A stretch of 64,000 nt of DNA from Candidatus Falkowbacteria bacterium (lineage in GTDB: Bacteria; Patescibacteriota; Patescibacteriia; UBA11705). A program made the position numbers and the translations under genes. The stretch spans positions 136,912 through 200,911 of the forward strand of contig DOZJ01000006.1 in NCBI GenBank assembly GCA_003518055.1. The letters are read 5' to 3'. The notes under the pieces were generated by a model, which saw only the letters and a program-made list of their open reading frames with translations, was not told where the DNA came from and did not search any database. Shown piece by piece: positions 56,714-64,000 of this stretch (position 1 is the first letter of the stretch; every line of letters begins with the position of its first letter).

Positions 56714-57433
56714 ATGGTACAATATTTTCATAAGGCTGAGAAAATTAAAGCGTACATGTCTGATGGAGCTGATGACAATCTATCGTTAAAGTGGGGCAGA
56801 GCGCATGGTGGAGCAAATAGGACACTTTTTTTATCAAAATTTGGATTAAATGTCAGTAACTTAATCACCGCCGAGCAGGTTCATGGATCTCACGTTGCAG
56901 TGGTTGGAGCTAAAGAGCGGGGAATGGGGTCGGAAAACAAAGATTGGATCAAAAAATGTGATGGCTTGATTACGAGTGAACGGGAGGTGATTTTGGGTGT
57001 AGAAACCGCCGATTGTGCGCCGATTTTGTTTTGGGAGGATAAAAAGGGAATAATTGGTATTGCTCACTCCGGTTGGCGCGGTACGGTCAAGAATATAGCT
57101 CAGCAAATGGTTAATAAAATTGTTCAACTTGGAGGAAATGTGAAAAATATTCAAGTGGAAATCGGCCCGCATATTGGTAAATGCTGTTTTGAGATAAAGA
57201 AGGATGTCGCGGATGAATTTATAAATTGGCCCAAGGCATTGAGTTGTGTTGGGACGAAAAAATATCTTGATTTGACTGCTGTGATTAAGTCGCAACTGAT
57301 ACAGTGTGGGGTGAATAAACGGCGTATTTTATCTTCTAAACATTGTACAGCCCATGAACAAAATTTTTATTCATACCGGAGACAAGGTGTAGATCTTGAC
57401 GGAGCGATGCTCAGTGTTATTATGATGATATGA
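56714..57433 (+). CDS. YfiH/PgeF-family laccase-domain protein (peptidoglycan editing factor / purine nucleoside phosphorylase)
   Basis: GSHVAVV...ETADCAPILFWE...GIAHSGWRG motifs of DUF152/Cu-oxidase_4. Confidence 0.7.
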   Translation: MVQYFHKAEKIKAYMSDGADDNLSLKWGRAHGGANRTLFLSKFGLNVSNLITAEQVHGSHVAVVGAKERGMGSENKDWIKKCDGLITSEREVILGVETADCAPILFWEDKKGIIGIAHSGWRGTVKNIAQQMVNKIVQLGGNVKNIQVEIGPHIGKCCFEIKKDVADEFINWPKALSCVGTKKYLDLTAVIKSQLIQCGVNKRRILSSKHCTAHEQNFYSYRRQGVDLDGAMLSVIMMI

Positions 57434-58572
57434 GAAAAACATTACTTTTAACAATGGATTTTCCACCGGAAATTGGAGGTGTGGCGAATTATTGGGGCAA
57501 TCTATTGCTAAATTTGCCTGAAGACAAGGTGGTGGTATTGGCGCCGGAGAATGATAATTCTTTGGATTTTGATGTCAAACAAAAATATGTAGTTTATCGA
57601 AGACGGTTGTTGACAACGAGTAGCCGTGTTTGGCCACGTTGGTGGCCGTATTTGTGGCAGGTTTATCGACTTTGTCGGGTTGAATCACCGGAGCAGATTA
57701 TTGTCGGACAGGTTTTACCCGGAGGAACTATAGCTTGGTTGATGAAAAAAATATTAAATATTCCATATATTTTATCATTTCATGGTTTGGATATATCAAT
57801 GGCTCAAATGACTAAAAGACGAAAAAAATGGTTTAGATTTTTAGTGAATTCTGCGAGCAAAATTATTGTTAATAGTGATTTTACCAAGCAAAAATTAATT
57901 TTGGTAATGGGTACAGTTAAGGCTCCAATCGAAATTGTTTATCCGTGCGCCTCAATATTACCGCTGAATGAATATTCAGATTTGATATTGAATGATTTCG
58001 TCGATAGATATAGCGTGAAAAACAAAAAAATAATTTTGTCAGTGGGACGATTGGTTGAACGTAAAGGTTTTGATCAAATGATTAGAGTGGTGTCTAACAT
58101 TAGACGAAAAATGCCGTTCATTCATTACTTTATTGTGGGCCGCGGACCGGATAAAAATAGATTGGAATCAATTGTAGTTCATCATAACGCGGAAAAATAT
58201 GTGACGATTTTGTCTGATGTATCTGATGATGAATTACCATATTTTTACAAACTCGCTGATTTGTTTGTCATGCTGCCAAGGGAGTTGGCGGATGGTGATG
58301 TCGAGGGCTTTGGGATAGTTTTTTTGGAGGCCAATCTATTTCATTTGCCGGTTTTGGCCGGGAATAGCGGAGGCGTGCCGGAGGCGGTCGAGAATAACGT
58401 GAGCGGTGTTTTGGTTGATTCAAGCGATATAATGCAGATTCAGCAAGCGGCGGAGTCGCTACTAAAGAATGATGAAAATCGGCGGTTAATGGGTGATTTG
58501 GGATTTGAGAGAGCTCAACGGCTGTACAATTGGCCGGCTCAGGCAAAAAGATTAGAAGCTTTTTTGGGCTAA
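57430..58572 (+). CDS. Glycosyltransferase family 4
   Basis: EGFGIVFLEA...GGVPEAV GT-B C-terminal motif. 380 aa. Confidence 0.75.
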   Translation: MRKTLLLTMDFPPEIGGVANYWGNLLLNLPEDKVVVLAPENDNSLDFDVKQKYVVYRRRLLTTSSRVWPRWWPYLWQVYRLCRVESPEQIIVGQVLPGGTIAWLMKKILNIPYILSFHGLDISMAQMTKRRKKWFRFLVNSASKIIVNSDFTKQKLILVMGTVKAPIEIVYPCASILPLNEYSDLILNDFVDRYSVKNKKIILSVGRLVERKGFDQMIRVVSNIRRKMPFIHYFIVGRGPDKNRLESIVVHHNAEKYVTILSDVSDDELPYFYKLADLFVMLPRELADGDVEGFGIVFLEANLFHLPVLAGNSGGVPEAVENNVSGVLVDSSDIMQIQQAAESLLKNDENRRLMGDLGFERAQRLYNWPAQAKRLEAFLG

Positions 58573-58615
58573 TTTTGGCGATAATTGTGTGATTTTATCG
58601 AGCTGAATAATGAGC

Positions 58616-58803
58616 TTGACGAAATATTTATCTTTTGCTAAAATATAAATACAAATTAATTCCGCAGACTGCAAGTGTCGATAGACTTAAATATCTTGCA
58701 TAGGAACGAATAAGAGCTTACGGTCTTTGAGCCGTTAGTTTTTAGAAGATAAGTCTGCGGGGAACCGGAGATATTTTTTTACTAATTATTCATTTTTAAC
58801 AAT
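58616..58803 (+). promoter_or_regulatory. rplJ promoter (TTGACG-17-TAAAAT) and structured 5' leader (L10-leader-like autoregulatory element)
   Basis: About 150-nt untranslated leader enclosed by a long-range pairing CCGCAGAC (58662-58669) / GTCTGCGG (58753-58760), consistent with an L10(L12)4-binding leader. Confidence 0.45.
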
Positions 58804-59322
58804 ATGGCTAAAACTAAGCAGCAAAAAGAAGATTTTATTTCTTTGCTCAGAGACAAGCTGTCTGAAGCCAAAGGTGTTGTGGTCGTGAGTTACACTGGTT
58901 TAAATGTTCCTAATACCGAGGAACTTCGCAATAAGTGTAAAAACGAGCAAGTCAACTTCATGGCGGTCAAAAAGACCTTGCTAAAGAAGGTGTTGAGTGA
59001 GTTGAAACTTGATGACGTGGAGCTGGATTACTCGGGTAGTTTGGCCGTGGCCTTTGGTCGTGAGGATGAGATCGCTCCGGCAAAAATCTTGAATGATTTT
59101 GCTAAAAAACATGAAGAAATAGTGTTTAAGGGCGGAATTCTAGAATCAAAGATTATCGGGGTTGAAGGCGTAAAGGTATTGGCGGCAATTCCAAGTAAAC
59201 CTGAATTGTACGCAAAACTTGTCGGATCGTTGAATGCTCCGATCAGTGGATTTGTCAATGTGATGGCGGGAAACTTACGGGGTTTGGTGAACGTGCTTAA
59301 CGCAATTAAAAATAATAAATAA
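58804..59322 (+). CDS. rplJ: 50S ribosomal protein L10
   Basis: 172 aa, collinear with L10. Confidence 0.9.
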   Translation: MAKTKQQKEDFISLLRDKLSEAKGVVVVSYTGLNVPNTEELRNKCKNEQVNFMAVKKTLLKKVLSELKLDDVELDYSGSLAVAFGREDEIAPAKILNDFAKKHEEIVFKGGILESKIIGVEGVKVLAAIPSKPELYAKLVGSLNAPISGFVNVMAGNLRGLVNVLNAIKNNK

Positions 59323-59400
59323 TTAACGAAGTGTTTAGCGATTAGAGTTTGTAATTATTAGATACAACGCTATACGTTTAACACTAAGATTGATAACATT

Positions 59401-59844
59401 ATGACAGATGAAAAAAAGCCAGTTGAAGAAACAACTGTAGCCGAAGAAAAGAAGGCGGTTGAAGTACCGGCGAAATTCAAATCTTTGGTAGAGGAAATTG
59501 AAAAAATGTCGGTTATGGATTTGGCTGAGTTGGTCAAAATTTTGGAAGATAAATTCGGCGTGAGCGCGGCGGCCCCAATGATGGCTATGGCCATGGGACC
59601 AGCTGCCGGTGCTGAAGCGGCGGTAGAAGAGAAATCTGAATTTGATATCGAACTTGCTTCAGGCGGTGCAAATAAAATTGCCGTTATTAAGGTGGTTAAG
59701 GAAGTAACCGGTCTTGGTTTGAAAGAAGCCAAAGATTTAGTTGATGGCGCTCCAAAGGTAATCAAACAGGCCGTCAAAAAAGAAGAGGCGGAAGTCATCA
59801 AAACCAAAATTGTTGAAGCTGGCGGGCAAGTCAATTTGAAGTAA
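59401..59844 (+). CDS. rplL: 50S ribosomal protein L7/L12
   Basis: Ala-rich hinge ([19 protein letters not shown]) and a C-terminal GTPase-interaction domain ([20 protein letters not shown]). Confidence 0.9.
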   Translation: MTDEKKPVEETTVAEEKKAVEVPAKFKSLVEEIEKMSVMDLAELVKILEDKFGVSAAAPMMAMAMGPAAGAEAAVEEKSEFDIELASGGANKIAVIKVVKEVTGLGLKEAKDLVDGAPKVIKQAVKKEEAEVIKTKIVEAGGQVNLK

Positions 59845-59938
59845 GATAAAATTTAGTTATACGATAAAGAGCTCTCCTGTCCGGAGGGCTCTTTTTTTAG
59901 TTTAATTTGGTTTAACTTGAAGTTGCTAGGTAGCTGGT

Positions 59939-62083
59939 TTAAAGAGTGAATTTATATATTCCGCCGTCGGCAATTAGATACCCAGATTGACCGTCAGGGC
60001 TGACCTGAATTGATGTCGTGGTAACGATGCCTGAAAAAATTATTTGACGAATAATCGATCCTTGTTTGTCGGTAATGATTAACCGGTTGTTGGCCGGATC
60101 AGAAAGGAAAAGATTGTTTAGCTCCGGTGTGGTGAAAATATGATTGGCGGCGTTGGTTGTGGGATCCAAACTCGGTGAATTGATAGTGTCAGGAGCCCCG
60201 GCGTAATATTTTTGAAGTTTTCCCGTTTGATTGAGGGTGTAAATACTACCATCAACAGTGAGATCAGAAAAGCTGGAAAAATCGGTTTCAGCAGACAACC
60301 AGATCGTACTAGCGCCGGTTCCCAGATTATTCGTTTTGACAATTTGTGATTGAGTTAACAAGTACAGATTACTGTTGTAAATTTTGAAACTGATGGGTTG
60401 ATTGTCCAATGTTTTTATGGGTTGAAAGCCGTTGGGAGTAAATTTAACCATCCGATTGTCTTTGGTTATCATAATGACATTTCCGTTGTTGTCGTTGTCA
60501 GCCAGAGTGATGTCAGCCTCATAATTAATGATCTTGTCGATAGTTTTGGTTTGAGAATTGACAGTAGCGACGGTTTGGCCGTTGCCGAAAAGGTAAAGCT
60601 CATTCTGAGCAATCAATATTTTGGTGGTCGATAATTTTTCGCCATTTATTTCAAGCGACATGATTTTTTCCGGCACGATGTTTTCAATATGGGAAATTTT
60701 ATTTTTCAGGTCAATAATTTTTGTCTGAAGCTCTTCGTAGTTTATTTTTTGATTGTTGGTGTCCTTAGGTAATTGGCTTAGTTTGGCGGCGGCTTCGGTA
60801 ATGAAGACTAGGCTTTGATCTTGATTCTTGTAGATATAATTAGATTCGGCATCGGCAATCAAGGTTTTGACCGATTCAATTTGAGTTTTGTAGGTGGCGG
60901 ACGCGGCGTGGACGTTTTTTTGATATTTTGACCAGAAAATACCGCCGCTTAATAATAGGCCAAACATAATTATAGCCGTAATGATATAAAGACCGTTTTT
61001 GGGTTTTTTTGTCAAGCTGAGTATGTTCTTAATTGAGAATGATCTGGTCTCGACGTTTTTGGGGGTGGTAATGACGTTTCCGGTCTTTTTGAACGATAAT
61101 AAAGCCAATATGGTGGATTTTAATTGGTTTAATGTCCGTGAAATGGCTGTTCGTCCGGATTTATTGGTCGTCGGATCGAGAGAAAATATTTTGGAGATAA
61201 AGATCAAAGCGCGTTTGGCATGTTTGGTAATATTAAGAGCAAAGCTTGGTGTGAGAAGTTTTTCGGTGGTTTGGGTGGTGTTGATGAAACTGGCAATGGA
61301 CCGCTCTGAATCGGATTTGGGGTTATTATCGAGGGCGAGTTCATGTTTTAAAAATATCGTACAATGACTTTGAAAGTTTTTGGTGTGCAATTCTTTTAGT
61401 TGAGTTTTGAAATAGTCTATGGCTTCATTTAAGCTATTGTGACTTATAATATGCAAAATTTTGGCCGGGGATATCAGGTTGTGAACAATTTCGGTCATAA
61501 TGACAATGGTGTCATAAAAGTTGAGTTGGCCGGAGGTGATAGAGGAAAAAATTTTGACTTTATTGTTTATGGTTTGGTTTGGCTGGGGAGCGGAGTCAAT
61601 GATGCTAACCAGTTTATAGTCATTTTTTTTGGTTTTATGAACCACGTACGCGTTTATTTGGCCTTTACTGGTGAAGTAAAGTTGACTTTCCGTGTTGTCG
61701 GTATTCGGCTTCACGATGCCGATAAAATAGCTTAGGTTTTCAAGGATTAAATTGATCTGCCCGATTTGGATTAGTTCGATGATTTTTTGATTGGTTTTGT
61801 TAAGAGCGAATTCAAAAATTGTTTCAAGGTGGCATTTTGTCGGGTCTGGTGAACTGGTAATCTGTTGGTAGTAGCTTTCGTTCAGACCGTTGAGGATAGT
61901 GGTGTAAACTTTTTCCGCTTGATTTGGGTCAGTGGCTCTTATTTCAATAATGCCAAAAAGAAAACCACCGTGTTTTTCTTTGTTTTCCGGAAAAATTTTA
62001 AAATTTTGACAGAAATAATCTGACGATTTTTTGGGATTATCGATGGTTAAATCCTTGATTGACAATAAATGGTTTTCTGGCAT
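59939..62083 (-). CDS. Large membrane protein: cytoplasmic N-domain, one TM helix, extracellular beta-rich C-terminal region
   Basis: 714 aa, TM helix at about residue 365, Asn/Thr/Ser-rich C-terminal half. No confident domain assignment. Confidence 0.5.
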   Translation of the reverse strand: MPENHLLSIKDLTIDNPKKSSDYFCQNFKIFPENKEKHGGFLFGIIEIRATDPNQAEKVYTTILNGLNESYYQQITSSPDPTKCHLETIFEFALNKTNQKIIELIQIGQINLILENLSYFIGIVKPNTDNTESQLYFTSKGQINAYVVHKTKKNDYKLVSIIDSAPQPNQTINNKVKIFSSITSGQLNFYDTIVIMTEIVHNLISPAKILHIISHNSLNEAIDYFKTQLKELHTKNFQSHCTIFLKHELALDNNPKSDSERSIASFINTTQTTEKLLTPSFALNITKHAKRALIFISKIFSLDPTTNKSGRTAISRTLNQLKSTILALLSFKKTGNVITTPKNVETRSFSIKNILSLTKKPKNGLYIITAIIMFGLLLSGGIFWSKYQKNVHAASATYKTQIESVKTLIADAESNYIYKNQDQSLVFITEAAAKLSQLPKDTNNQKINYEELQTKIIDLKNKISHIENIVPEKIMSLEINGEKLSTTKILIAQNELYLFGNGQTVATVNSQTKTIDKIINYEADITLADNDNNGNVIMITKDNRMVKFTPNGFQPIKTLDNQPISFKIYNSNLYLLTQSQIVKTNNLGTGASTIWLSAETDFSSFSDLTVDGSIYTLNQTGKLQKYYAGAPDTINSPSLDPTTNAANHIFTTPELNNLFLSDPANNRLIITDKQGSIIRQIIFSGIVTTTSIQVSPDGQSGYLIADGGIYKFTL

Positions 62084-62174
62084 ATTAAGAAATAAAATTC
62101 TTTGGTCGGTTGACGGTTCAAATCTTAGTGTATTATACTATAATAAATGCCTAATGTAAATATTATGACCCAAT

Positions 62175-62810
62175 ATGCTTGATCAATTATTTGGTTCAAA
62201 AACTAGGGTGAAAATGATAAAGTTATTTCTCAGTAATCCTGAACGGATGTTTTATGTCCGAGAATTGACAAGATTAACTGATTCTCTGATAAATTCGATT
62301 CGACGAGAACTGGATAATTTGTTGGAGGTCGGATTGATAGAAGTCGTTACACCTGAACAGGAAAATGGTTCAGTACCGAAAATCGTCGAGGAGACGGCAA
62401 CTAGAGGCGTTAACGCCAAGAAATATTATCGATTGAATAAACGGAATATATTCAAAAATGAACTGGATGCACTTTTTTGTAAAAACAAAATGATGATTGA
62501 AAAAAGATTCGCCGAAAAAATCAAGGAGGTCGGTCAAGTTAATTATCTGGCTTTGAGCGGAATTTTTGTTGACAACCGTAAATCCCCAACTGATTTGGTG
62601 GTGATTGGATCGTTTGAAAAGAAAGATATGATTAGAGCGATTAATCGGTTTGAACAGGAAATAGGAAAGAGGATTAAATTTACAATCATGGATTTAAAAG
62701 AATATAAACTGCGTCATGATATTGCGGATCGTTTTCTGCTTGACATCCTCGATGAGAGTCAGCAAGATTTGATTATCGTCAATCAATTGTCAGAAATAGA
62801 CAATTTATAG
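62175..62810 (+). CDS. Hypothetical protein with N-terminal winged-helix-like region
   Basis: 211-aa ORF. N-terminus KTRVKMIKLFLSNPERMFYVRELTRL resembles a wHTH. Confidence 0.35.
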   Translation: MLDQLFGSKTRVKMIKLFLSNPERMFYVRELTRLTDSLINSIRRELDNLLEVGLIEVVTPEQENGSVPKIVEETATRGVNAKKYYRLNKRNIFKNELDALFCKNKMMIEKRFAEKIKEVGQVNYLALSGIFVDNRKSPTDLVVIGSFEKKDMIRAINRFEQEIGKRIKFTIMDLKEYKLRHDIADRFLLDILDESQQDLIIVNQLSEIDNL

Positions 62811-62833
62811 TATAATGATGATGATATAATCTA

Positions 62834-64000
62834 AACGATTTTTATGAAAAAATATTTGATGGCGGTTTTTTTTATCGTTATGCTGGCGGGATGTGTGATG
62901 TGGGCTTTTTCCGCTCGGGCGCAAATTGAAGATGCAACTGAGCTCCGTGTTTATAGTCATGGCTTGGAGCTGCAACAGAAGCTGGAATTGTTCGCGGATG
63001 ATTTTCCCGGCTATTTGGATTTCGATTTGATTGATCTCGGAGGTGATGGGATTGATGAAGTTTTGCTTGGAATGGGATATCAAGCGAAACCCACGGTGCG
63101 TTTGCTTCGAAATGATGGCAGTGAGATAAATTCATGGCAGCCGTATGTGGCTGGTTATGAGGGGCGGGTGAATGTGGCTTCTTATGATTTTGATGGTGAT
63201 GGTCTGGAGGAAATTGTGACCTCTCCCGGTGAGGGCGGCGGACCTCAGATTCGGATCTTTGACGGTTATGGCCAACCGAAATTTTCTAATGGATTTTTTG
63301 TATATGATAAAGGTTATCGCGGCGGTGTAGAAATCGCCATCGGTGACGTTAACGGTGATGGCCAAGTGGAAATCGTATCCAGTCTTTATGCTGATGGAAA
63401 GAATATTATTAATTTTTATGATCATTCTGGGACCAAGGTGTTGAGTGATATTGTGATAGATGCTGTTGATGCATTCGAACCCATGAAAATCACAGTTTTG
63501 GATGTGGATTCTGATGGTCTGGATGATATTATTATGGGTTCAAGCGCAGGGATGCGGTCGACCGTTTTAGCCTATAATATTTTTGGTGAGAAAGTTTTGG
63601 AGTTTGATGCCTATGCTTCTGGTTTTAGAGGCGGGGTTGATGTGTCTGTGTCTTATTTCAACGGAGTCCCATATATTACCACCGCGGCCGGATTCAGCGG
63701 CGGACCTCACGTGAGATTTTTTGATGTTAATGGACAATCGAGAATTAATCCGACATTCTTTGTTTATGATAAAGACTTTCGGGGTGGTGTGAATGTGGCA
63801 TATGGCAACTTGATTGGAAATAACGAGGTAGTGGTTGTGCCGCAGACATTGCAGTTAGGCGGTGATTTGCCGGCTGGTTATAAAGTGATTAAGGTTGATT
63901 TATCAGAGCAAAAATTGTACGCCTATACTCGTGGCCGGTTGGAAAAATCGTTTTATATTTCTTCCGGCAAGTGGGGATATGATACGCCGATCGGAACATT
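62834..64000 (+). CDS. FG-GAP/VCBS-repeat beta-propeller fused to L,D-transpeptidase (YkuD) domain; 3' end truncated by the window
   Basis: Signal peptide. Repeated D-x-D/N-G-D-G-x-x-E/D-I motifs (DFDGDGLEEIV, DVNGDGQVEIV, DVDSDGLDDII). C-terminal ...KVDLSEQKLYAYTRGRLEKSFYISSGKWGYDTPIG is the start of a YkuD catalytic domain. Confidence 0.6.

Noticed and set aside
1-64000. tRNA genes, rRNA genes and CRISPR arrays
   Set aside because: No cloverleaf-compatible segments with GTTCRA T-loops were found in intergenic gaps. There are no rRNA signature blocks and no arrays of regularly spaced direct repeats.

Overview
The window is an AT-rich (~40% GC), compact, almost entirely plus-strand genome segment. 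Its gene content looks like a Candidate Phyla Radiation / Patescibacteria-type bacterium: minimal cell-envelope and translation genes, a short RNA polymerase alpha subunit without the C-terminal domain, a type IV pilus module, and many small hypothetical proteins. Genes I recognise are dnaJ, a Dus-family tRNA-dihydrouridine synthase, mreB, two GT4 glycosyltransferases, holB, frr, glyQS, lepA, recJ, rnhA, pilM with two pilins, a DD-carboxypeptidase, mnmA, an NrnA-like DHH phosphoesterase, alaS, mutS, mutL, murJ, a PfkB kinase and an M50 protease. A ribosomal block carries infA-rpmJ-rpsM-rpsK-rpsD-rpoA-rplQ, then rplM-rpsI, and later rplJ-rplL with an L10-leader-like 5'UTR. I found no tRNA, rRNA or CRISPR. 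The main anomalies are: (1) a ~800-nt GC-rich segment with no ORFs, bounded by stem-loops and carrying UUCG/GNRA-capped hairpins, between the vWA operon and mutL, which I treat as a candidate large structured ncRNA of unknown class; (2) a HEPN(Abi_2-like)+NYN predicted-RNase gene pair attached directly downstream of mreB where mreCD would be expected; (3) a dispersed GC-rich repeat family that sits in frame inside a GT4 gene, in frame ahead of alaS, and as a free 31-codon ORF; (4) two or three GC-rich (60-65%) islands, two with protein-coding genes driven by host-type promoters; (5) paralogous small membrane-protein cassettes with near-consensus promoters next to a promoter-proximal repeat; (6) a mosaic islet after mnmA that includes a duplicated mnmA 3' end.
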